A stretch of 64,000 bases of DNA from an archaeon (GTDB lineage Archaea; Methanobacteriota_B; Thermococci; Methanofastidiosales; NM3), in assembly GCA_004212155.1 (NCBI GenBank), contig RXIG01000024.1:25133-89132 (forward strand), read 5' to 3'. Under the pieces are notes generated by a model. The model was given only the letters and a program-made list of their open reading frames with translations, did no database searches and was not told the DNA's origin. Position 1 is the stretch's first letter, and each line of letters starts with the position of its first letter. A program made the position numbers and the translations under genes. Positions 40,121 through 49,444 of the stretch are shown here, piece after piece.

Positions 40121-40130
40121 ATACTACTGA
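39183..40130 (+). CDS. Methanogenesis marker protein 11, copy 2
   Basis: Same motifs and length (315 aa) as copy 1; overlaps the mtxX stop. Confidence 0.8.
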   Translation: MLTRDEVIDKYGSLPYMSPYERIYALIDDDKNDIELHEYHARGKCNGGAAWETYHFPRTSRIVNGVAREGARNIFTLSTGEEKLDLIPGICGAGLESARIKGDKVELTYAGLAGGGVAVTVCRGMAYNIDGIEIHSMGGGAKLGRATLHLPAYKKLVFGVDDTDIPGEGATWSIMNEIGYKAEQDGMAHYIDHTITQLYPHAPKKTTNCVTVAINLACPLGQEKQLKQYLLDNLAERTYSDDASAVFWEKVKIPDELRRYTQNAKNRIVDLTEAEDTAKENGVELVEVTGPMGKIGAVASIGLHRDRERAVMPYY

Positions 40131-40134
40131 TACG

Positions 40135-41211
40135 ATGACCTCGACAGCTCAGCTCAAGGCGCGCCTCCAGTGCCTCGGCGTCCGTCTGCCCGACGACGAC
40201 CGCGGCCGCAGGGGTGGTGCCGGCCCTGCCGCCGGAAAAAGCCTCATCTTCGGGAAAACGGTGGCGAACGTCCCGACACAAAGCGTGTTCGTCAGTGAGT
40301 CGCCCTACCATATCGAGCGCGAGGGTGACGACTATGCGATCTGGGAGGATGAGCGCCGGATCGTCCATGTCACCTTCCCGCATACGCCCGCGTTCTACGC
40401 CAAGACCACATCCGACGGCACGCCCATGCGCCAGGTGGCGCTCCTTCACGGCGCAAGCTGTCTTGCGTCCACCGTCTGCCAGACGTGCGTCTACTACGAA
40501 ACGCCCCAGGCGTGCACGTTCTGCGGCATCGAGCTCTCGCTGCGCCTCGGCGACACGATAGCTGAAAAGACACCACAGCAGCTCGCGGAAGTGGCCCGTG
40601 CGGCCGTCGACGAGCATGCGGTCAATCATGTAACGCTCACGTCCGGCACACAGCGCGGACCCGACAAGGGACTTGCAAAGCTCAAGGCCGCCGCACGTGC
40701 GATAAAGGACGAGACCGGCCTACCGGTGCAGGTGCAGGTAGAGCCGCTCCATGATCTCTCACACTTCGATGACATGAAGGAGTGGGGTGTCGACTCCATC
40801 GGCATCCACATCGAGAGCCTGGATGACGAGGTGTTAAAGCGCCATGCTCCCGTCAAGGCACGGTATGGATTCTCCGCGTTCCTCAAGGCCTGGCGGCGTG
40901 CCAGGGAGGTGCTTGGCGACAATCAGGTGGAAAGCTTCATCCTCGCAGGTCTGGGAGAGGACGTCGATGTGACAACGGCGCGCTTTAACGAGATGGTCGA
41001 GGCCGGAGCCTATCCGTTCGTGGTGGCGCTGCGCCCCATCCCGGGAACGAGGCTCGAGTCGTGGCGCCCGCCGCCGCCAGACCACCTCATAGAACTCTCG
41101 CAACGGGCGGCCCAGGCGGCGCGCGACGGCGCCTTGACCTGGAAAAACTGTTCGTCGGGATGCCTGCGTTGCCGTGCGTGCTCGTGCGTGCCAGACTTCG
41201 AGCGGGAATGA
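40135..41211 (+). CDS. Radical SAM protein, MSMEG_0568-like family
   Basis: RRGGAGP N-terminus, ALLHG..LASTVCQTCVYYETPQACTFCGI, LRPIPGT and C-terminal GCLRCRACS. Confidence 0.75.
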   Translation: MTSTAQLKARLQCLGVRLPDDDRGRRGGAGPAAGKSLIFGKTVANVPTQSVFVSESPYHIEREGDDYAIWEDERRIVHVTFPHTPAFYAKTTSDGTPMRQVALLHGASCLASTVCQTCVYYETPQACTFCGIELSLRLGDTIAEKTPQQLAEVARAAVDEHAVNHVTLTSGTQRGPDKGLAKLKAAARAIKDETGLPVQVQVEPLHDLSHFDDMKEWGVDSIGIHIESLDDEVLKRHAPVKARYGFSAFLKAWRRAREVLGDNQVESFILAGLGEDVDVTTARFNEMVEAGAYPFVVALRPIPGTRLESWRPPPPDHLIELSQRAAQAARDGALTWKNCSSGCLRCRACSCVPDFERE

Positions 41212-41212
41212 G

Positions 41213-42076
41213 CTACCTCAAGAGCTTTCGCGGGATGCCCGACTCGCACGGGACCCCCGCCTGGCACAGCCCGCACCCGTGGCCGTCAACGCCATACATC
41301 TTGCGAGACATATTATGTAGCCACTTATGGAACTCGCCGCACTTCTCCTTGTCGATGCCCTTATCGGATATGGCACCGGCGGGACAGCGCCTGATGCACG
41401 CCCCGCACTTGCCGTTGACGAGGTAGGGGCAGTAAGCCGTGTGCGTGTCATACGGCCGCTCTGTCGGAGGGATGCGCGCACGTATGATGATCGAGCCGCA
41501 CCGATGCGCGATGCCCTTGGGGGTAATGAGGCCATGAGAGAGACCGAACGTTCCAAGGCCCGAGACGAAACAGGCGTGACGCTCCGACCATCGCGAGGAG
41601 GGGCCACGTGGCACGTAGTTGAATCGCTGCCACTGTTTGATGCGATGTGGTGCGAGCACCTCGTATCCCTCGTCGCGCAGCGTCTCGACGAGGTGTCGTG
41701 CCAGCCGCTCGTTTATCATCTCACCATAGTAGCGCGACAGCATCCACCGTCGCGAAGGGAATCCATGGCTGCGCCGGTGTTCGCGTTTCGTCTCCATGGT
41801 CTGGGGCAGCACCCAGCAGACGACGGAGAGGTCGGATGCGGTGGCATCGGTGTCGGGATATGCGGTCTCGAACGCCTCGATGGGCAGCCAGTAGTAATCG
41901 CCGATATGCGCCTTGATCTCCTCGTGGAGCGGGTCGTCGCCTGTGGACACGCCGATAAGCGGCTCCCGCCACGCCGGCTCGTCGCAGGTGGGGCAGAGCT
42001 TGTTCTCATCGCTTGCGATGAAGTCCTTTGCAAGTGCGGTGATATGGGCGATCAATTCGGTATCGGTGGCCGTCAT
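41213..42076 (-). CDS. Epoxyqueuosine reductase (QueG)-like Fe-S protein
   Basis: WSERHA, GLGTFGL, CGACIRRCP and CGLCQAGVPC. Confidence 0.75.
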   Translation of the reverse strand: MTATDTELIAHITALAKDFIASDENKLCPTCDEPAWREPLIGVSTGDDPLHEEIKAHIGDYYWLPIEAFETAYPDTDATASDLSVVCWVLPQTMETKREHRRSHGFPSRRWMLSRYYGEMINERLARHLVETLRDEGYEVLAPHRIKQWQRFNYVPRGPSSRWSERHACFVSGLGTFGLSHGLITPKGIAHRCGSIIIRARIPPTERPYDTHTAYCPYLVNGKCGACIRRCPAGAISDKGIDKEKCGEFHKWLHNMSRKMYGVDGHGCGLCQAGVPCESGIPRKLLR

Positions 42077-42410
42077 GCTACCTCGTAAGAATCCAGGTCC
42101 TATATATACGTTCGCCACTAATGACCCTTACACACAAAGGATGATACGGAAGACCTAACGACCGATAATGAAGAATTAATTGGATTTAAAAAAACTATTG
42201 TGTAGAAAAAATGAACATGATACTAAAAATAATGTCTTGCTTCTTGCAGTATTTAGATACAATCCAGATTGAGCCACGAATAAGGGGGCACCGTTTCGCC
42301 GTTGCAGTTGCCTGCGATGCTGCCGCAGAATGGCACGAACGCCACCATGAGGACAAGAAAAAGCATTACACGTCTCATGTTCACTATTGCACCCTCGTTG
42401 ATCATATTTC

Positions 42411-43658
42411 TCACTCCGAGTATCTCCCATAACACCGCTGCAGCATCCTGTTCAAGGCATGCACACTACTACTATTGCCATGCTCCAATGCGTAGCACTT
42501 CAGGCTCGTTCCCGTCACGAACACGAATCGGTTACCGATGGCAACGGGCCACTTGAGGCCCTGGTCCGCAGACATTTCCATCACGCGCTGTCCCGTGTGG
42601 ATGTCCCATACCACGAGCTCGCGCTCAGGCGTCCCGGGGGGCGTGACGGAGTTCGGATCCTGCATTCCCGGATCTATCTTGTGTAGGTCAGGGATATAGG
42701 CAATGCCTGAAATGAGGACGTCGCCCGAGACTGCCAGCCCCGCACGGTACATCGCGTCATCGCTCCATACGGGGTCTCCTGACTCCATGTCGACACAAAG
42801 GACCGTATCGTCTATTGTGGAGACAAAGGCATACGGGTAGCTGACGAAGGCAGGGGTCCACGACCCCCCTTCCTCAATGAATTCGTATTCCCACCTCACG
42901 CCACCGGTGTCGGCGTCAAGGCAAGTAAGGCAGAATCCCCCCATTGCGTAGACTGAATCGTCGTGCACGAAGAGGTTTTCCATATCGCAGCGCGCGTCCC
43001 ACTCATCTAGTATCGCGCCGGTTTCCGCGTCTACCACGGTCACGTTGTGAGAGTATGTGTCAACAAGCAGCTTGTTTTCGCTGCGAACGATGCACGAGTA
43101 GACCGCACCCTCTGGAAGGTCAACGCGCCATGCTATGTCGCCCGATTCGGCATGCATACATAGAAGGTATTTACCTGATGAGACATACAAATTTTTTCCA
43201 TACGCACACACCGGCACAGATTCGCGAGCATCTACAGACCTTTTCCACATGGTATCGCCGGTGGATCCGTCCCTTTGCTCAACACTACCATCAGCGTACA
43301 CGAGATAGATCAAGTCTCCATAGGTGACAGGGGCATATCTCACTTCGCCAGACAGCGGCTCATCCCACAACACGTTGCCCTCGCTGGAGATTAGCAAGAT
43401 GCGCTTTTCTGTGGCGACACAGATGGACTCACCTACGAGAATTGGTGGAAACGCGGGCTCGGCCCCGATATCGAGCCCCCACGCATCTTCAAGCTGGACG
43501 GTGTATGACGGCTCAGTAGGGGCGGGGGTCGTTGTGGGTGGCTCAGTAGTGGTCGGCGGAGCCGTTTCGTTACCACTTTCAGATATGCAGCCAGATGCCA
43601 CACTAGAAACAAAAAGTAAACAAATGCAGTACATGAGTGCGGTTTGGCGATTTGACAT
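42411..43658 (-). CDS. Lipoprotein with PQQ-like beta-propeller repeats
   Basis: Lipobox-like VASGC, Pro/Thr linker and repeated D..TG...W blades. Confidence 0.75.
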   Translation of the reverse strand: MSNRQTALMYCICLLFVSSVASGCISESGNETAPPTTTEPPTTTPAPTEPSYTVQLEDAWGLDIGAEPAFPPILVGESICVATEKRILLISSEGNVLWDEPLSGEVRYAPVTYGDLIYLVYADGSVEQRDGSTGDTMWKRSVDARESVPVCAYGKNLYVSSGKYLLCMHAESGDIAWRVDLPEGAVYSCIVRSENKLLVDTYSHNVTVVDAETGAILDEWDARCDMENLFVHDDSVYAMGGFCLTCLDADTGGVRWEYEFIEEGGSWTPAFVSYPYAFVSTIDDTVLCVDMESGDPVWSDDAMYRAGLAVSGDVLISGIAYIPDLHKIDPGMQDPNSVTPPGTPERELVVWDIHTGQRVMEMSADQGLKWPVAIGNRFVFVTGTSLKCYALEHGNSSSVHALNRMLQRCYGRYSE

Positions 43659-43982
43659 GATGCTCACGGCTGCTCCCTCACGAAGTTTTGGCATCCTGTT
43701 GGGTCGCATGCGAATCGTTCCCCTGAGGTCATCCCTAAAAATAGTGCATATGCCATCAATACCAACACTGATATTAGAAGATGCATCCTATATAGTATCG
43801 TTAGAACGGTATCGTAATATATAAATATAAACATAACGCCTTATATTACACCTATTTTTAAATAATATATTAATATAAGTTTTTATATAATAATGAAGAA
43901 TATGGGATTATTACAAATTAGTGTAAATGTTATTTCCGTAGGGATCCACTGATACTGACCATATGTGCAAAAACCCACTAGC

Positions 43983-44918
43983 TTACTTCATTATTTTGTC
44001 GTAGCGCAGCCAGTCAGGCTTGCGCGTGAAACCAAGCGACATGTTGAGCGAGAGGATCGACGTGTTGTTGACCTCGTTTGCCGTCTCAAGGCGCGAAAAT
44101 CCACGCTCTTTGGCGCTCCACATCGCATTGGTCTTGAGCGCCTTGGCGACGCCCATGCCACGATACTCCCTGCGCACCGCGGTAAGGCCTATCACCATGT
44201 AGGTGCCCCCGCCCACCTTTATTAGGTTGGTCAGGCCCACGTACGAGTCGCCGTCGACTGCCACAAGGTAGCAGTCGTGGGGAAAGTAGGGATTCTCTAT
44301 GACGATCTTTTTCCACTCCTCATACGTCGGTTCGCTCGTCACGCCCGGCACGTCACGACCCGCGGTCCTGTCCAGGTCATAGAGCTTCTCGTCGCGCTGC
44401 GGGTCGTTTGCAAGCTCTTCGAGCGATTTGATGCGTATGCCCCGTTCGTTGACCGTTCGTTCGTGTTCAAGGCGTACGGATTCGTCCCATTCATTGAGGT
44501 CGATGCAAGACTCTGCGATGCGCATAGTCTCTGTGAATCCGCGATGCTCGAGGAATCGCACGCTCTCCCCGAAGCTGCTCTTGAACCAGGCGCATAGCTT
44601 CGCGACGTCTTCGGCTGATGTCAGGATCGTGTCGTAAAGGAGAGTCCCTATGCCGCTGCGCTGGTGGTCGGGGTCGACATGTATTTCGAACATGTAGGTG
44701 AGGGGGTCGTAGTCCCAGAGGTCGTGCTCCCGCTGCGCGGATGCGACTACGTGCCCATCGGCCTCGACCACCCATCGTCGATGGTCGGCGCGCTCGCTGC
44801 GACGGCGATCCTCATCCTGTACCTCTTTTAGCGTGCGCGGCATGTCAGGAAAGAGGACATTATGGATGCGCACGAGCTCAGGGTAGTCGCGTTGTTCGAA
44901 GGCACGTAGGGTATACAT
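43983..44918 (-). CDS. Tandem GNAT acetyltransferase
   Basis: Two acetyl-CoA motifs, VDPDHQRSGIG and VRREYRGMGVA; GGAGGTGA RBS. Confidence 0.85.
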   Translation of the reverse strand: MYTLRAFEQRDYPELVRIHNVLFPDMPRTLKEVQDEDRRRSERADHRRWVVEADGHVVASAQREHDLWDYDPLTYMFEIHVDPDHQRSGIGTLLYDTILTSAEDVAKLCAWFKSSFGESVRFLEHRGFTETMRIAESCIDLNEWDESVRLEHERTVNERGIRIKSLEELANDPQRDEKLYDLDRTAGRDVPGVTSEPTYEEWKKIVIENPYFPHDCYLVAVDGDSYVGLTNLIKVGGGTYMVIGLTAVRREYRGMGVAKALKTNAMWSAKERGFSRLETANEVNNTSILSLNMSLGFTRKPDWLRYDKIMK

Positions 44919-44997
44919 GGTCTCACCTCCCATATGTGAGTAAGGGATTGAAGAACACACCGTAAGCTATTTAAAGGTATTTGCATCGCATGGCGCC

Positions 44998-45633
44998 ATG
45001 GCACTTCACATTGCTAACCAAAAAAAACACCTCCGCCTCGCGGGTATACTGCTCGTGCTCGTGGGCATCATAGCCTTCATGGGCATCATCACCGCCGAGG
45101 CAACGTATCCAGGCTACAGTACGGCCGACAACATGATAAGCGACCTTGGCGGTACGGAGCCGCCTGATTCCATTGTGCTCGAGCCTGCCTCGACCATCTT
45201 CAACGCCACGATGGCCATCTGCGGGATCATGCTCATAGGGGGTGCGTATCTCATCCACCTGCTGTACCGTAGACCGATATTTTCCGTCTTTTTCATGCTC
45301 TTTGGCGCAGGCGTCCTGGGCGTCGGCGTCTTCCCGGGCGACACGGGCGACCCCCATGCGCTCGCAGCGATGACCACGTTCCTGTGCGGCAGCATCGCCG
45401 CCATAACGGCATACGCCATCGAGGAGGGGCCGCTTCGCTTGCTCTCGGTGGCGCTGGGGGCCGTATCGCTTGCCACGCTGCTGCTCTACATTTTCGTGGG
45501 AGAATCGTCCCATCCCCTCGCAACGCTTGGCGTCGGCGGCATCGAGCGGTGGGTGGCATATCCCCTCATCCTGTGGGTGCTCGCCCTGGGAGGCTACCTC
45601 CTGGGCAGGGAGAGCGCTGCCCACAAGGCTTGA
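44998..45633 (+). CDS. DUF998-like membrane protein
   Basis: YPGYS...ISDLG, GVGVFP, H and GGIER pattern. Confidence 0.7.
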   Translation: MALHIANQKKHLRLAGILLVLVGIIAFMGIITAEATYPGYSTADNMISDLGGTEPPDSIVLEPASTIFNATMAICGIMLIGGAYLIHLLYRRPIFSVFFMLFGAGVLGVGVFPGDTGDPHALAAMTTFLCGSIAAITAYAIEEGPLRLLSVALGAVSLATLLLYIFVGESSHPLATLGVGGIERWVAYPLILWVLALGGYLLGRESAAHKA

Positions 45634-45640
45634 GGCCATA

Positions 45641-46531
45641 TCACTGCTTTAAGAGCCTGGTGACGACGGCATCGTCGATGAGCTTTGCGCGCGGCAGGCG
45701 GCGCAGGAGCTCGCGCCATTGCGGTGCCCGCGAGAAAAGGTCGTCGAAGATGGTGCTGGCCTGGGCCTCCTCGCCAGCCTTGGCAAGCATGATCGCCTCC
45801 CAGAAGGCGAACTCGTCGTTGTCGGGGGCGATGTGGCGCGCCTGTTCGAACGCGTCCCTTGCCTCAGCGACATTTCCCATCTCGATCTCGAGGTCGCCAT
45901 GCTCCGCATAGTGGTATGCGCGCTTCATCTCGAGAAGTCGCCCAAGCTCGCCGATCGGGTCGGGGCTGTCCTCGACACGGAGGTCGATGGGAACGTCGTG
46001 CCACGGCTTGCTCGATGGCTCGAGATGCGCGACAATGATCGCGGCCGACTGTTTGCCGCGGATGTCGCCCCCCTCCGCCTCGGCAGCCTCGAGTGCGGCG
46101 AGCAGGCGCCATTTGAGCGTACCCTCCGCATCCTCGTACGCCTCGGCCATGGCGTCCCAGACGGTATCGCGCTCCATCATGTTTGCCTGGCATGAGTAAA
46201 GGTGGCCTATGCGGTGTCCCGCCTCGGGTATGCACTCCTTGCCGGTGTGGGTGTGCACGTTGCCCTCAACATCAAGGAACGAGACCTGGCGCACGGCGGG
46301 CGAGGTGTCGGCTGCAAGCAGCCCCTCGAGCGCATGGTTGGCATGAAGGCCTGCGCACATCGCGGCAAGGCCGCGTGGTCCGTAGGATGGCTCTACAAGG
46401 GCCTGTGTGGCGACGACGCCCGTTCCGGGCTCGACCCACGGCACGACCGTGCCCACCGAGAAGTAGTGCGACTGGACGGCAACGCCCATCACCCCTTCCT
46501 CCCGGTCCATGGCGACGATGGAATATGTCAT
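45641..46531 (-). CDS. DUF1028 (Ntn-hydrolase-like) protein with C-terminal TPR-like region
   Basis: MTYSIVA, GVAVQS, VATQA, GGDIRGKQSAA and DLRVED. Confidence 0.8.
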   Translation of the reverse strand: MTYSIVAMDREEGVMGVAVQSHYFSVGTVVPWVEPGTGVVATQALVEPSYGPRGLAAMCAGLHANHALEGLLAADTSPAVRQVSFLDVEGNVHTHTGKECIPEAGHRIGHLYSCQANMMERDTVWDAMAEAYEDAEGTLKWRLLAALEAAEAEGGDIRGKQSAAIIVAHLEPSSKPWHDVPIDLRVEDSPDPIGELGRLLEMKRAYHYAEHGDLEIEMGNVAEARDAFEQARHIAPDNDEFAFWEAIMLAKAGEEAQASTIFDDLFSRAPQWRELLRRLPRAKLIDDAVVTRLLKQ

Positions 46532-46536
46532 GGTAT

Positions 46537-47892
46537 CTACTCCTCCGGCGGTGCCGGTATGAAATCGTGCTTCATGAGAAGCTGCGTCTCGTCACGAGCG
46601 CGGGCGATGATCTTCTCGGCGTGGGCGTAGAGCTCCTGTCGCGAGCGCTTGACGCGCGCCACGCCGTCGCGCACCGCCTGGCGTCCGACGGCAACGGCCT
46701 CCCGCGGGAATACCTCCCACTCGTCCATGGTGGGCACGATATACTCGGGAGAGAGCTCCTTTTCGGCCGCCATGCCGGCGATGGCGTTGGCAGCGGCGAT
46801 GCACATGTCGTCGGTGATCGTGGAGGCCTGCACGTCAAGGGCGCCCCTGAATATTCCGGGGAATCCCAGCGAGTTGTTGATCTGATTGGGAAAGTCCGAG
46901 CGTCCCGTCGCGACGATGCGCGCTCCGGCCTCCTTGGCCTCCCACGGCCATATCTCGGGAATGGGGTTTGCCGTCGCGAAGACGATGGCGTCATCGGCCA
47001 TGACGCGCACATCGTCGGGTGAGATGGTGCCGGGCCCTGGACGCGACGCGGCGATGAGGATGTCTGCACCCTTGGCGGCATCATGGATGCCCCCCTCGAC
47101 CTGTCCGGCGTTCGCGTTCACGCACATGTCCCATTTGTAGGGATTGTCCTCCTTCTCCGCACGCACGTCCTCCCTGTTGGCATGAAGCGTTCCATGCGAG
47201 TCGACCATGATGATGTGCTTTTTCTGCACTCCCGCTGTGACGAGCAGCCGGGCGATGGCGATGTTCGCTGCGCCAGCGCCGACCATGGCGACCTTGGCCT
47301 CTGGAAGCGGCTTTCCCACGTACTTGAGCGCATTGATCGCGCCTGCCACCTCGATGGTGGCAGTGCCCTGCTGGTCATCGTGCCATACAGGTATCTCCAT
47401 CTCGTCGCGCAACCGCTCGAGGATATGGAAGCACTTCGGCTTCTCGATGTCCTCGAGGTTGATGCCCCCGAAAGATGGTTGCAGCGCCTTGACCGTCTCG
47501 ATGAACGCATCGATGTCGCGCACGTCAAGACATATGGGATACGCATCGACGCCGCCAAGGTACTTGAAGATGAGCGCCTTTCCCTCCATGACCGGAAGCG
47601 CCGCCTCGGGACCGATGTTGCCAAGCCCCAGCACCCGCGTCCCGTCGGAGACGACGGCAACGGCGTTCCACTTGTTCGTGTAAGAGTATACGAGGTCCTT
47701 GTTGTCGTGGATCGCCTTGCACGGCTCGGCCACGCCCGGTGTGTACCATATGGAAAAGTCAGAAAGGTCCCGTACGCACACCTTGGGGCTGACCTCGATC
47801 TTGCCCCGGTAGAACGGATGCAGCCGCATGGCATCCTTGGCGGGCTTGTATGCCTTTTCCAGCAATTCCTCTTTGGTGATCTTCTTATCCAT
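46537..47892 (-). CDS. NAD(P)-dependent malic enzyme
   Basis: YTPGVA, VLGLGNIG, PVMEGK, NLEDI, HDDQQGT and TGRSDFPNQINN. Confidence 0.92.
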   Translation of the reverse strand: MDKKITKEELLEKAYKPAKDAMRLHPFYRGKIEVSPKVCVRDLSDFSIWYTPGVAEPCKAIHDNKDLVYSYTNKWNAVAVVSDGTRVLGLGNIGPEAALPVMEGKALIFKYLGGVDAYPICLDVRDIDAFIETVKALQPSFGGINLEDIEKPKCFHILERLRDEMEIPVWHDDQQGTATIEVAGAINALKYVGKPLPEAKVAMVGAGAANIAIARLLVTAGVQKKHIIMVDSHGTLHANREDVRAEKEDNPYKWDMCVNANAGQVEGGIHDAAKGADILIAASRPGPGTISPDDVRVMADDAIVFATANPIPEIWPWEAKEAGARIVATGRSDFPNQINNSLGFPGIFRGALDVQASTITDDMCIAAANAIAGMAAEKELSPEYIVPTMDEWEVFPREAVAVGRQAVRDGVARVKRSRQELYAHAEKIIARARDETQLLMKHDFIPAPPEE

Positions 47893-49444
47893 CGTTTTTA
47901 CACTCCATAGTCTCCAGTATGACCTCGATGAGGTCGCGTGTCGTGCCGAGCCTTGAATGCGCGGCGCGTGAAGCGTCGTCTAAGTGCTGCTCGCACCATG
48001 GACAACACGTGATGATGTAGGAAACGTCACATTCCTCCGCCTGCGCTATGCGCGTGCGTCCCACCTCGAGTGCTACCTCGGGGCGAGCGGTCTTGACACC
48101 GCCGCCGCTTCCGCAGCACTGGCTGTTCTCCCTCGCCCGCGCGCCCTCGACAAGCGTCATCCCGGGTATGGCGCGGATGAGGTTTCGGGGTGCGTCGTAG
48201 CTGCCCGTCCCGCGTCCCAGATGGCACGGGTCGTGGTAGGTGACGCGCACGTGATTTTCGGGCAGGTCCCTGAACCTGAGCGCGCCCTGGAGGTAAAGCT
48301 CCCAGAGCAGCTCGGTGATGTGCACCACGTCGATGCCATGGTCCCCGCACATCTCGGGATAGTCGACCTTCCATGACTTGTGGCACCCCGCGCACGTCGT
48401 CACGATCGTCTCGACGCCGCGCTCCTTCATGGTGCGGATGTTCTCGCGCGCCAGCTCGAGATACTTGTCCAGCTCGCCCACCTTGAGAAGCGGACTGCCG
48501 CAGCACAGCTCGTCCTTTCCGAGGTAGGCGGGTTCGATGTCGAGGCAGCGAAGCACCTTCACAACGGACACGGGGAGCCTGTCGGCAAGGAGCAGCGAGG
48601 GCGAGCATCCGGCATAGAACATGAGCGGGCCGTGTGAGGGCAGCTCAAGCCGCTTTGCCCACCGCGCACGGCGCGCGCGCGGCATGACCCACGGGTTGCG
48701 ATAGTTCTCGATGCTGCGCACCAGCTGATTGTGGCCGGGCAACGGCCCTTTGTGCGCATCGACCGCAAGCGCGCGAAGCTTCTCGATCGCCTTTTCCGGT
48801 ATCTCTATCTCCTCGGGGCACACGGCCCAGCAGTTCCTGCACGTCGTGCAGTTGTAGAGTCCTTCGTTGAGCGCCGTCTCGATGCGTCCGCCTATGTCGC
48901 GGGGGTCGATGGCAAGCTCGCATAGCTTGCGCAGGGGAAGCGGCCCGGCATAGTCGTCCCACACAGCGTTGGCAACGGGGCAGCTCGCGACACAGCACCA
49001 GCATTCGATGCAGGAACGAAGCGCCTTGATCTCTCGCGTCTCCCCGGCACTGAGGCGTTCGGGAGGCTCGTAGCGTCCTGTGCGTTCGAGATAGGGGCTG
49101 ACCCCGTAGAGGCGCTCGTAACCGCGCGCCAGGTCGACGACGAGGTCCTTGACAACCGGAAAGAACGGCAGCGGTTCGATGACGACGATGTCTGCCGAGG
49201 GGTCGACCTCCTCCTGGCAGGCAAGTACTGCCTTGCCATCGACGCGCACGCCGCATGAGCCACACTGCCCCGCCCTGCACACCCACCGGTAGGCGAGCGT
49301 GCTGTCATGATGGGCGCGTATGTAGTTGAGTGCGTCGAGCACGCGCATGCCCTTCTGATAGGGAACGTTGTACGGCTCCAGGTGCGGCTCTGTGTCGCGG
49401 TCGGGATCGAATCGTGCCACCTTGAAGACGACCATCTCAATCAC
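47885..49444 (-). CDS. tfrB: Thiol:fumarate reductase iron-sulfur subunit
   Basis: SdhB-like CRAGQCGSC [2Fe-2S], two [4Fe-4S] motifs, and fused two-CCG HdrD-like domain. Confidence 0.85.
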   Translation of the reverse strand: MIEMVVFKVARFDPDRDTEPHLEPYNVPYQKGMRVLDALNYIRAHHDSTLAYRWVCRAGQCGSCGVRVDGKAVLACQEEVDPSADIVVIEPLPFFPVVKDLVVDLARGYERLYGVSPYLERTGRYEPPERLSAGETREIKALRSCIECWCCVASCPVANAVWDDYAGPLPLRKLCELAIDPRDIGGRIETALNEGLYNCTTCRNCWAVCPEEIEIPEKAIEKLRALAVDAHKGPLPGHNQLVRSIENYRNPWVMPRARRARWAKRLELPSHGPLMFYAGCSPSLLLADRLPVSVVKVLRCLDIEPAYLGKDELCCGSPLLKVGELDKYLELARENIRTMKERGVETIVTTCAGCHKSWKVDYPEMCGDHGIDVVHITELLWELYLQGALRFRDLPENHVRVTYHDPCHLGRGTGSYDAPRNLIRAIPGMTLVEGARARENSQCCGSGGGVKTARPEVALEVGRTRIAQAEECDVSYIITCCPWCEQHLDDASRAAHSRLGTTRDLIEVILETMECKNDG

